Assembly (NCBI RefSeq): GCF_002113885.1
Contig: NW_018405094.1
Span: forward strand, 259,475-323,474
DNA length: 64,000 nt
Direction: 5' to 3'
Source: Mizuhopecten yessoensis
Lineage: Eukaryota
Part shown: positions 1 to 12,100 of the stretch, one piece after another
Layout: each line of letters opens with the position of its first letter
How positions within the stretch are numbered: the stretch's first letter is position 1
Notes under the pieces: generated by a model
Databases searched by the model: none
What the model saw: only the letters and a program-made list of their open reading frames with translations
Told to the model about the DNA's origin: nothing
Made by a program: the position numbers and the translations under genes

Positions 1-380
1 GTGTACGTGGTAGCTGCAATGCCAAACTTACTATACAGTACATGTGTACGTGGTAGCTGCAATGCCAAATTTACTATACAGTACAGCTGTACGTGGTAGC
101 TGCAATGCCAAACTTACTATACAGTACATGTGTACGTGGTAGCTGCAATGCCAAACTTACTATACAGTACATGTGTACGTGGTATCTGCAATGCCAAACT
201 TACTATACAGTACATGAATTGTGTACGTGGTAGCTGCAATGCCAAACTTACTATACAGTTCATGTGTACGTGGTAGCTGCAATGCCAAACTTACTATACA
301 GTACATGCGTACGTGGTAGCTGCAATGCCAAACTTACTATACAGTACATGTGTACGTGGTAGCTGCAATGCCAAAATTAC
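1..380. repeat. 43-bp tandem repeat (GTGTACGTGGTAGCTGCAATGCCAAACTTACTATACAGTACAT)n, about 8.8 copies, truncated by the window start
   Basis: Near-identical 43-nt units read directly from position 1. Confidence 0.95.
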
Positions 381-3300
381 TGGAGTTGAAGCATTCAACC
401 GTGTGAATATTTTGGCATAGTATCTGTAAAATCTTAAATAGTGTTACTAATATATAATTATCCTGGCTGTTCTGAAATTAACTCAATAACCTCCTTACAA
501 CAACAAAGGATTGCTGCCCTCCTTTGTTCCTTAACCCATGGTGATACTTATGACGTTAGAATGAAAAATGCATGACGTCATATTTACAAGCATAATCCTA
601 ACAGCAGTTGATAAGGGCTAAGTTGTTCGGAATCCGATTTAACATTACTACATTGTAACGTAAAATCATTTCACGTACTTTTAGTTCAACAGTTTTTACA
701 TGCATATGGATTCAAAAATATCTATTAAAGCAGGAAACAGAAAAAAACATGTCTTATTTTGGAGACATTCCTCGAAAATAGCATGTTGATTTGTGTAAGT
801 TTGTCGTTATCTAATTAGTCTATGAACATCCAAATCCGGATTATTACGATACATTTTATCAATACTATTCAAAACTGTTTCAACTCTAAATAATGATAAT
901 GTTTCATTTGAGGAAGATATATACATGGACACAAACATTAGGAAAATCAATTATGAAATATACCAGTAAAGTGAAAAAGTGTTGCTTTATCAATATTTGG
1001 TTATAAGATAATAGTAAAACTCCTTATAAACAGCCAAAATAACGAAAGCTCAAATTGTTGTGTTCTATATACTTTTGAGTCAATTAAAAGAGGACATCCC
1101 CGAATACGTTGCAATAAAACGTACTCATAGTTCCATATTGGTGTACTACACATTATGGGAACTGTTCTTCACATTAATACATGTACAAAAAATAATACTA
1201 ACCGACATCAACACTGATTTATACAGCTTGCAGACAAATCCATTCATCCATTACTCGGTCAATTTTGTCTAGATATTATGTCGTGATATTTTCAGCGGGG
1301 AGTATATGAACAGGCGTCAATAAAACAAAAGCAATATACAGTTTGTATATCATAACAGCAGTAAATTGATACGTTCGGATGAAGAAATAATATAAACGGG
1401 AAAAAACTCACAACAATGTGTCATTATCGCTTATATACTGCCAACATGTTAACATCTTCAACAGGACGAGACTGATAGAAATTAACCCACCGTACCCTCC
1501 TGTGAATAATAAATACAAAAATAGCCGAATTAACACCAAATTACGACACGACATATGGCACAAGCTTTTTACTTCTTCTTTATTTTTACTTCAATTACAA
1601 AATAATGGGTTTAATTTGTAACCTTTTTACGCAATAACAAGATTGGAATGTATCTGTTTTCTGTATTATGTTAGTTGGATTTAGTCTATAACCAGGAAAA
1701 TGTTAAGAAAGTATAAATTTTACCTTTACAATTATTGCCCTATCTTTGACAGCTTGAACGTTTGTTTATCGCAGCCGCCTAAATTAGTTTTAGTTTTTCA
1801 CGTGCATAAAACAAAAAGAAATGCACCGGAACAGAGCGAACTCATCACTAAAATAGCATCAGTGATTCCCTAGGGTGTTTACAGAGAGGCAGAAACAGCT
1901 AGTCATCTTTTTAAAACACAAAAAGAACAAGATATTAAAAGCTATCCGTAGAAACATTCTTATAACTGCATTATAAAAACAAACGCAAAAATCGAGACAG
2001 GTAAAGCTGCAGTTGTAAACAAAACGACTTGAACAAATTTCACTTGTCAAAATGGCAGATGAAACAAACCCCTCCCTTTTAATTTGGACAGGCGCATCTG
2101 TTCTCAGTGCTATCTGGCTCGTGTTTATATCACCTTATCTAATTTGGATGATACTTAAAATATAAATATCATCATATAATCTTATTTGGACGAGAATAGA
2201 TTGATACATTTTTATAGCGTCAGTGCATCTTGCATCTTTGTAGTATCAATGCGTCTGGCTTTGTCTGGTCTTTGTCAGCTTTCAAAGATAATACGAAGTC
2301 ATTTAAATGCAACTTTCACGATAATTTGAAATCTTGTAGCTAATAAAGTGATTGGACGGCTTGTGGACGATTTGACAATGAAAGTATTGTATAGTATAAG
2401 GTTACTTGTGAATACTTGTAGAAAAATCTAATGAGAGGCATCAGAAAACTGCTAAATTACAAGGTCAGTGGAAGGCTTGTAATACATGGTCATTTGAAGA
2501 CTTAACTGTAACTTAAAGTTATTTGGAGTACATGTAGCTCATGTAGCTCAGTTATAAGGTTATTGGAAGACTGTTAGCTTTCAAGGTCACTTGAATACTC
2601 GTAGTATACCAACTCATCTAAACGCGCGCAGATTACAATATAAATAGAAGATGAAATTGTACTTATCAAAGTCGCATTGTAGCTTACTGACTCAGTGTAA
2701 AGCTTGTAGCTTAAAATGTCAACGAAGAGTATGCGGTGTACAAACCTCATTTCATTTAGTACCGGTTTCTCTGTCGTATTCTAGGCTGATGCTAGAAGCA
2801 TGGTTACCTTCATGTGTCGGCGATTACAGATCTAATCTCAGAGTCGTCTTGAAAAATTAAAAATATTTTGAATTTAATTGCAAACAGATGAGCATATGTA
2901 AACCTTATACGTAGATACTTGGTTGTTTATTTCAGTATCTTGATAAAACATGTATTTCAAATTAAATACTCCTGTTAACTGTTCATCAAGTTAACCAGAC
3001 TTTCAATAACCGGGCTCTAATCAGCTTAATGTATCTACACATAACGGACTCACACCTTTCGCACTTCATTTAATGGATGTAATTATTCAAGAGTTCTTTA
3101 CCATCTAAGGTTATTTGACAAAACCCAAATATTTTAAACTTGTTGTGTTTTCAAGATTTCTTTTGTCACATACTTTGTCATTTCTATCAGACAACTAAGT
3201 CACAAGTGACCACATCTGTTAATTATAATTACTAAATTCTTTATTAATTTCACAATTTATAGTAAGTTTAAATTAAACAGAATAGCTGATTGTGTGAGTG

Positions 3301-3710
3301 GATCGTCATGAAGTTGATTTGAATCGCAAACGAACATTGTTTTCTGAAAAGAGGCCATTAGCCTTGCGATGCTAAAAATCAAACAACACACTGTTTGCAC
3401 AGGGACCAGAATTACACAAAGTTCGGAAATTATGTAACATTCAAATATGACCATGATATCAATATATCTAGCACCTTGACTTTGGTACCAATGACCCGGA
3501 TTACGGACCGAACTTCGATCTAGAAGCACTATGGAGTCAATGTTTTATGGCGGCCGATAATGATCTGCTTCTTGATTGGTCAGACAGTTTATGATTGACA
3601 GATATAAGATAGATATTGCCGGTTAATTTCCTTATCATTTCACTAGCTTTCATACCAGCCAGTCAGTGTCAACGTCTGTTGTCTGCCAGACCCGCCATTA
3701 TCTGTTCAAC

Positions 3711-4190
3711 ATGAATTTTCTTACTGCCGTTGTTGCTGTCGTTGTGCTGGAAGTATGTTGCGCACACCTGTGCATGATTAGTCCTCCACAACGAGGCTCC
3801 ATGGTCAACCTCAACAAGCCGGGTTCCAACGATTGCGTTTTGACTACACCCAGGTGTGGCGGAAGACCACGGGGCAGGCCCGAAATGGGACTCCGGAGGG
3901 GACAAAACTTCACCGTGTCAATCCAGAAAAATCTTGACCATTATGTGAAGGCAACGCCAGGAAGTTTCACCGTTTCCATTGGTTCTGAGAGAGGAGGTAC
4001 CCAACTCAACGTGTTGGCCACCATTCCTGATGCCGGAGAACCATCCCTGAGCGTATACTCTGTCAATGTCACCATCCCTATGGACCTTACACCAAAAACA
4101 GAGTATATCATGCATTCCGCCTATCTCACGAACAATCCCCAGGCACCACCGGAGTTCTTCCAGTGTGCAGACATTATGATCAACGAATAA
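3711..4190 (+). CDS. Secreted His-brace (LPMO-like / X325-Bim1-like) putative copper-binding protein, paralogue 1, 159 aa, single coding exon
   Basis: ATG 3711 to TAA 4190. 18-aa hydrophobic signal peptide ends ...VCCA, followed by His (codon 3765-3767). Motifs HLCMISPPQRG, RCGG, NLDHY (His59 of the mature chain) and C-terminal EFFQCADI. Gap-free alignment to 6858-7337, about 65% identity over the 141-aa mature chain (hand count). TATA-like GATATAAG at ~3601 and AATAAA at 4323. Confidence 0.85.
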   Translation: MNFLTAVVAVVVLEVCCAHLCMISPPQRGSMVNLNKPGSNDCVLTTPRCGGRPRGRPEMGLRRGQNFTVSIQKNLDHYVKATPGSFTVSIGSERGGTQLNVLATIPDAGEPSLSVYSVNVTIPMDLTPKTEYIMHSAYLTNNPQAPPEFFQCADIMINE

Positions 4191-4429
4191 GGCAACTATA
4201 AATGACCATGGTGTGGGTCCAGCCCTGGACAAACAGTAGTGAGTGTGACTGCCGCTACAAACGTACACTGGTGGGATGACTTGATTTGCTGGTTTGTTGT
4301 ACGAAGATTGTTATTTAAATGTAATAAATTATTAATGAAAAATGAACATGTGTTGTTTTATTCCTGAATCAATGTCATTAAATTTTACAAAGAAAACGGA
4401 ATCAACTAAAGGCAACATGACCATGTGTC

Positions 4430-5851
4430 ATATACTGACCAAGAAACTGTTACTGTGCCCCTCTGTGTACCCCACACCTACTGACAGAGGAACTGTTAAT
4501 GTACTCCTCAGGGTACCCCACATATACTGTCCACGAAACTGTTACTGTGCCCCTCTGTGTACCCCACACCTACTGGCAGAGGAACTGTTAATGTACCCCT
4601 CAGGGTAACCCACATATACTGACAGAGGAGCTGTTATTGTACCCCTCAGGGAACCCCAACCCAAGTGACCTTTAAACTGTATTTATATATGGTAATATAC
4701 AATACATTATATTTTCAATATATAATCAACACAATTCGGAAACGAGTACCATCTGTGTACCCCGTATCTACTGACCAAGAAACTGTTACTGTACCCCTCA
4801 GGAGACTCCACATCTACTGACCGCTAAACTGTTACTGTACCCCTCAGGAGACGCCACATCTACTAACCGCTAAACTGGTACTGTACTCCTCAGAATACCC
4901 AACATCTAATGACCTCGAAATTGTCACTGTACCCTCAAGGTACCCCACAATACTGGCAAAGGAACTGTGGCTGTACCCCTCAGGGTATCCCATAACTACT
5001 GAAAGAGGAACGGTGACTGTACCCCTCAGTGTACCCAATATCTACTGACAGAGGAACGGTGACTGTACCCCTCAGTGTACCCTATATCTACTGACAGAGG
5101 AACTATTACTGTACCACTCAAGGTACCCCATACCTACTGACAGAGGAACGGTGACTGTACCCCTCAGTGTACCCAATATCTACTGACAGAGGAACAATGA
5201 CTGTATCCCTCAATGTACCCCCACCTACTGACAGAGGAACGGTGACTGTACCCCTCAGTGTACCCCATATCTACTGAAAGAGGAACTGTGACTCTGCCAC
5301 TCAAGGTTCCCCACACCTACTGACAGAGGAACGGTGACTGTACCCCTCAGTGTATCCCATATCTACTGACAGAGGAACTGTTACTGTATCCCTCAGGGTA
5401 CCCTATACCCTCTGACAGAGGAACTGTTACTCTGCCACTCAAGGTTCCCCACACCTTCTGACAAAGGAACTGTGACTGTACCACTCAAAGTTCCCCACAC
5501 CTTCTGACAGAGGAACTATTACTGTACCACTCAAGGTACCCCAAACCTACTGACAGAGGAACAGTGACTGTATCCCTCAATGTACCCCACACCCTCTGAC
5601 AGAGGAACAGTGACTGTATCCCTCAATGTACCCCCACCTACTGACAGAGGAACAGTGACTCTATCCCGCAATGTACCCCACCTACTGACAGAGGAACAGT
5701 GACTGTATCCCTTAATGTACCCCCACCTACTGACAGAGGAACAGTGACTGTATCCCTCAATGTACCCCACACCCTCTGACAGAGGAACAGTGACTGTATC
5801 CCTCAATGTACCCCCATCCACCTACTGACAGAGGAACAGTGACTGTATCCC
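4430..5851. repeat. 45-46-bp minisatellite (TACTGACAGAGGAACAGTGACTGTATCCCTCAATGTACCCCCACC-like), interrupted at ~4670-4750
   Basis: Repeated ACTGACAGAGGAAC...CTGTACCCCTCA units; explains ORFs 4342-4608, 4844-5038 and 5531-5821. Confidence 0.9.
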
Positions 5852-6857
5852 AAGTTACCTAACACCATGGGTAACGAGTGTATTCACACGTTTTTAATGT
5901 AGTTCGCTGATGCAAAGACAAAACCACAAAACAGGTTGAAACATTCATGTCACCGACACACACACGTTACAGTTTATGGGTCAACTTCCAAACCCATCTC
6001 CATATCCCAGACAGTAAGGACAGAGGCACGACCACGACGTAATCGTACAGGTGTAAAATTTAACATACATGTAACAGGTTCATCTCAGGTGAGAGAAGGT
6101 CAAAAGGTCATTGATATTTCTCATTATCTATAGTTGAGATTCGATCCGGTTATGTTTTGACTTTCTTGCTTTATAATTCAAATAACATTATTTGTTAGAT
6201 CAAATAATTTACCTTAGAGTACTTAAGCATGACATACTTTATATTTTGTATGAAAAACTGACGAGTATAGTTTCACCTATTCAAGGTAGAAGTGCCGTAT
6301 TGTTTCCAAACATCGTACTATTTATACTGTCCGTTACAAAATCTTGGTTTTCATACAACAATGTGTTTATTACATATATTGAGTACTTGTCTGTTCTGAT
6401 ATATCATATGAAATATTCTTTTTTACTTCAAAATTAACGCTTCACTAAACTAACTTTTGCTTAACACCTTGGTGTAAAGAGTCTTTTAAAATATCATATA
6501 CAATCGAACAGACAAAGGTCAATATACAGGAGAAGTCGTCCGGCTAACCTCGTTCCACATTGTTCATTGAACTCTGCAGTTGGACAAACTTTGTTCGGAA
6601 CATTTCTGTAGTTTGTACTTTACTGTCAGACTTCAGCAAATGAAAGCACGAATGTCCGATGCGTTACGAATGGCTGACCTTATTTGAAATGACGATAAGA
6701 ATTCTTATGTAAGGGTTCAACGATATCTTTCTGTCAAGGTCGGTCCCACCGAGATGTCTAAGACCCCAACACGCTTATCTTTGCAATTGTTTCGATACAA
6801 ACTCGGCATTGGGTCAGTACCGTTAGCCATCAGTTCGAAAGCCGCCATCTTGCAAGT

Positions 6858-7337
6858 ATGAAGTTCCTTACGGCTGTCATCATAGCCATAGTGCTGGAAG
6901 TCTGCAATGCCCACTTGTGTATGCTGAGTCCACCCCAGAGAGGTTCCATGATGGGTATCAACAAAGCTGGAGCCAATGACTGCATACTGACTGCTGCACG
7001 CTGTGGTGGCCGGCCGGCAGGACACCCCGTCATGGGATTGAAAACCGGCACGAACTTTACAGTGACGTTCCAGAAGAACCTGGACCACTACGACAAAGCA
7101 ACACCGGGATCTTTCCAAGTTGCTATCGGTCAAGAGAGGACGGGTACAGAGATGAAAAACCTGGTCAGTATTCCGGATGCTGGCGAGCCGTCCTTGACTC
7201 TTTACTCTGTCAATGTCACCATTCCGACAGGACTGGTTTCCAGGCAACTCTACGTGCTTCAGACGGCGTACGTTACCAACAACAAGCAGGCCCCAGCTGT
7301 CTTCTACCAGTGCGCCGACATCATCGTCGAAGGATAG
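6858..7337 (+). CDS. Secreted His-brace (LPMO-like / X325-Bim1-like) putative copper-binding protein, paralogue 2, 159 aa, single coding exon
   Basis: Signal peptide MKFLTAVIIAIVLEVCNA, then His1 (6912-6914) and His59 (7086-7088). Four conserved Cys (C3, C24, C31, C134), two conserved N-glycosylation sequons (N48-F-T, N101-V-T), C-terminal VFYQCADI. Confidence 0.88.
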   Translation: MKFLTAVIIAIVLEVCNAHLCMLSPPQRGSMMGINKAGANDCILTAARCGGRPAGHPVMGLKTGTNFTVTFQKNLDHYDKATPGSFQVAIGQERTGTEMKNLVSIPDAGEPSLTLYSVNVTIPTGLVSRQLYVLQTAYVTNNKQAPAVFYQCADIIVEG

Positions 7338-8638
7338 ACCAGAAACAGTGGTGACCTTTTCTCATTTTGTGTGTGTGTTGGTATGCGACTTTTGGTGGAC
7401 GTTGCAGACGCTGTTGAAAGAACATTTCGATTTGTTCATTTGAAGTATTAGCTACATAAATAAGTACTGGTTTACTGACACGCTGTCCAACTTACCGCTA
7501 CAAGATACTTGGTCGTGTTTTATAGACAAACTCATTACCAACTATTACATATTTGTTGTGTAAAACAGCTGTTTTGACTGAATGTAACATTCCCTGTTTA
7601 ATAGCGTTGGTTTTGTTTGTTAATATAAGCAATATGTCTGTACCACGTGTCTCAATCCGTCCATCGCATGCACGCGAGAATGTTGACTTTCATTTCCGTA
7701 AATTAATTACATTCTCTGTACACATAAATGTGGAAAATACCAACTGTTCGTGTTGTGTAATGGCAGATGTGAAATGCTTGTACATGAAAGAAAAGTGCAC
7801 GCTGTAATATATATGTACATGTAAGCTGGTCAAACGTTAGTGTAGTTTGTGTTGATTTTAACTCAGTGATACGGAATAGTAACGTGTGTTTATGAGAAGC
7901 TACATCAAGCAAGTTGAATAAGTCCATATACCAATATATGAACAGCTTAACTTTATGGAATACTCAAAACATAAAAGTCAGAAGTGTGATAAACTGTTCA
8001 TCATGTGACTATGTCTAATGCCAATTTTTATTTAAATTTAAAACCTCGATTTCTATGTTATGAGACAGTACGTCACATGATTGTTTAAATCATGAAGTCA
8101 CAATTAAACTGAAATCCAATTAGAAATTCGTTACAGCCTGTTACGAACGGAAATAGAGGTCTCAATGTTAATTGGTTAAGGCAGGTGTCATTGTAGCTGT
8201 TCAGGAAGATGTATACATGGAAGAAAGTGCAATATAAATCATGCTTTACTCGTCAACACGGGACCATTAAACTGATCAATGTTCGGAACGCTGTTGTTAA
8301 TTACCATTAACACATTAGCACCACCAAGTAAACAAGAAAACCATCTGAACGGGAAGCATTTGTCATGCATGCATTGACACAGATACATCCTTGATGAAAA
8401 CAGAAGTCTGACCTCTGGATCAGGGGTCATCGGAATGAAGAGGTTTGAACGAGCACGTGTAAAACAGAGCATTACTCCTAGAACTCATTTGTAACGGTTT
8501 TTATATAACTCTTTCAGTCGTGTATCTCACTAGTAATTTATAGCTGGAATAAGAGTTGTCTGAATTGGTATGTACGGAGTTCTTAAAGGTAAAGGACATA
8601 ATAGCTATAATAGGGAAGAAGAGTTCCACTTGGAATCT

Positions 8639-9138
8639 TTTACACAGAGTATCCTCCCTTATATAGGTGGTGAACAGTTTTACACAGAGTATCCTCCCTT
8701 ATATAGGAGGTGAATGATTTTACACAGAGTATTCTCCCTTATATAGGAGGTGAACAGTTTTACAGAGTATTCTTCCTTTTATAGGAGGTGAACAGTTTTA
8801 CACAGAGTATTCTACCTGATATAGGAGGTGAACAGTTTTACACAGAGTATTCTCCCTTATATAGGAGGGAAACAATTTTACATAGAGTATCCTCCCTTAT
8901 ATAGGAGGTGAACAGTTTTACACAGAGTATTCTCCCTAATATAGGAGGGAAACAGTTTTACACAGAGTATTCTCCCTTATATAGGAGGTGAACAGTTTTA
9001 CACAGAGTATTCTACCTGATATAGGAGGTGAACAGTTTAACACAGAGTATTCTCCCTTATATAGGAGGGAAACAGTTTTACACAGAGTATTCTCCCTTAT
9101 ATAGGAGGGAAACAGTTTAACACAGAGTATTCTCCCTT
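8639..9138. repeat. 40-bp minisatellite (TTTACACAGAGTATTCTCCCTTATATAGGAGGTGAACAGT)n, about 12 copies
   Basis: 40-nt period read directly; abuts the next satellite with no spacer. Confidence 0.95.
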
Positions 9139-12100
9139 AATGTAACCATGACAAACACTGTACCCCAATTCTCTATGTAATGTTACCATGACCACCACTG
9201 TACCCCACCTAACAATGTAATGTTACCAAGACCACCACTGTACCCCACCTAACACTGTAATGTGACCATGACCAACACTGAACCCCACCTAACCATTTGA
9301 TGTAACCATGACCACCACTGTCCCCCACCACACCATGTATTTTTACCATGATCACAAATGTACCACACCTAACCATGTAATGTAACCATGACCACCACTG
9401 TACCCCACCACACCATGTATTTTTACCATGATCACAAATGTACCTCACCTAACCATGTAATCAACCATGACCACCACTGTAACCCACCTTACCATGTATT
9501 GTAACCATGACAAACACTGTACCCCAATTCTCTATGTAATGTATAACCATGATCACCACTGTACCCCACCTCAGCATGTAATGTAACCATGACCACCACT
9601 GTACCCCACCTAACCATGTAATGTAACCATGACCGCCACTGTACCCCAACTCTCTATGTAATGTTACCATGGTCATGGTAACATTACATGGTTAGGTGGG
9701 GTACAGATGTGGTCATGGTTACATTACATGGTTAGGTGTGGTGCATTTGTGATCATGGTAAAAATACATGGTGTGGTGGGGTACAGTGGTGGTCATGGTA
9801 ACATAACATTGTTAGGTGGGGAACAGTGGTGGTCTTGGTAACATGACATTGTTAGTTGGGGTGCAGTGGTGGTCATAGAAACATTACATAGAGAATTGGG
9901 GTACAGTGTCTGTCATGGTTACAATACATGGTAAGGGGGGTTACAGTGGTGGTCATGGTTGATTACATGGTTAGGTGAGGTACATTTGTGATCATGGTAA
10001 AAATACATGGTGTGGTGGGGTACAGGGGTGGTCATGGTTACATTACATGGTTAGGTGTGGTACATTTGTGATCATGGTAAAAATACATGGTGTGGTGGGG
10101 TACAGTGGTGGTCATGGTTGATTACATGGTTAGGTGAGGTACATTTGTGATCATGGTAAAAATACATGGTGTGGTGGGGTACAGGGGTGGTCATGGTTAC
10201 ATTACATGGTGAGGTGGGGTACAGTGGTGGTCATGGTTGATTACATGGTTAGGTGAGGTACATTTGTGATCATGGTAAAAATACATGGTGTGGTGGGGTA
10301 CAGGGGTGGTCATGGTTACATTACATGGTGAGGTGGGGTACAGTGGTGGTCATGGTTATACATTACATAGAGAATTGGGGTACAGTGTCTGTCATGGTTA
10401 CAATACATGGTAAGGTGGGTGACAGTGGTGGTCATGGTTGATTACATGGTTAGGTGAGGTACATTTGTGATCATGGTAAAAATACATGGTGTGGTGGGGT
10501 ACAGGGGTGGTCATGGTTACATTACATGGTTAGGTGTGGTACAGTGGTGGTCATGGTTACATCAAATGGGAAGGTGGGGTTCAGTGTTGGTCATGGTTGC
10601 ATTACATTGTTAGGTGGGGTACAGTGGTGGTCATGGTGTTACCATGACCAACACTGTACCCCCCCTAACCATTTGATGTAACCATGACCACCACTGTACC
10701 CCACCTCTCTATGTAATGTTACCATGGTCATGGTAACATTACATGGTTAGGTGGGGTACAGTGGTGGTCTTGGTAACATTACATTGTTAGTTGGGGTGCA
10801 GTGGTGGTCATAGTAACATTACATAGAGAATTGGGGTACAGTTTTTGTCATGGTTACAATACATGGTTAAATTGGGTACAGTAGTTGTCATGGTAACATA
10901 ACATCGAGAATTGGGGTACAGTGTTTGTCATGGTTAGATTACATGATTAGGTGGGGTACAGTGGTTGTCATAGTAATATTACATGGTTAGGTGGGGTACA
11001 GTGTTTGTCATAATCATTACATAGTGAGTTGGGGTGCATTGGTGGTCATGGTTACATTACATGGTTAGGTGGAGTACAGTGGTTGTCATGGTAACATAAT
11101 ATGGTTAGGTGGGGTACAGTGATGGTCATGGTTACATTACTTGGTACGGTGGGGTACAGTGGTGGTCATGGTAACATTACATGGTTAGGTGGGATACAGT
11201 GGTTGTCATGGTTACTTTACATGGTGAGGTTGGGTACAGTGATGGTCATGGTAACATTACATGGTTAGGTGGGGTACAGTGGTTGTCATGGTAACATTAC
11301 ATGGTTAGGTGGGGTACAGTGACGGTCATGGTTACATTACTTGGTACGGTGGGGTACAGATGTGGTCATGGTAACATTACATGGTTAGGTGGGATACAGT
11401 GGTTGTCATGGTTACCTTACATGGTTAGGTGGGGTACAGTGGTTGTCATGGTTTCTTTACATGGTTCGGTGGGGTTCAGTGGTTGTCATGGTAACATTAC
11501 ATGGTGAGGTGGGGTACAGTTGTGGTCATGGTTACATTACATGGTTAGGTGGGATACAGTGGTTTTCATGGTTACTTTACATGGTTAGGTGGGGTACAGT
11601 GGTTGTCATGGTTACTTTACATGGTTAGGGGGGGTACAGTGGTTGTCATGGTAACATTACATGGTTAGGTTGGGTACAGTGGTGGTCATGGTTACTTTAC
11701 ATAGAGAATTGGGGTACAGATGTGGTCATGGTAACATTACATGGTTAGGTGGGGTACAGTGGTGGTCATGGTTACTTTACATAGAGAATTGGGATACAGT
11801 GTTTGTCATGGTTACTTTACATAGAGAATTGGGGTACCGTGTTTGTCATAACCAGTACATAGTGAGGTGGTGTGCATTGGTGGTCATTGTTACATTACAT
11901 GGTAGGGGGGGGTACAGTTGTTGTCTTACATTACATGGTAGGGGGGGGTACAGTTGTTGTCTTACATTACATGGTAGGGGGGGGTACAGTTGTTGTAATG
12001 GTAACATTACATAGATAATTGGGGTACAGTGTCTGTCATAGTTACTTTTCATAGAGAAATGGGGTACAGTTCTTGTCATGGTACCCTTACATGGTACGGT

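Noticed and set aside
2330-2715. Recurring CTTGTAG-like motif, perhaps an old ~27-bp tandem repeat
   Set aside because: Period and consensus cannot be established by eye.
3666-3710. N-terminal extension of paralogue 1 from GTG 3666
   Set aside because: Eukaryotic context; ATG 3711 aligns exactly with the ATG of paralogue 2 and starts the signal peptide.
3669-7247. Minus-strand ORFs 3669-3905, 3698-3913, 3918-4268, 6717-7247 and 6830-7051
   Set aside because: Antisense shadows of the two GC-richer secreted-protein CDSs; no independent motifs.
7669-7802. Two metal-response-element cores (TGCACGC) downstream of His-brace paralogue 2
   Set aside because: Short motif, 3' location, no equivalent seen near paralogue 1; cannot be distinguished from chance.
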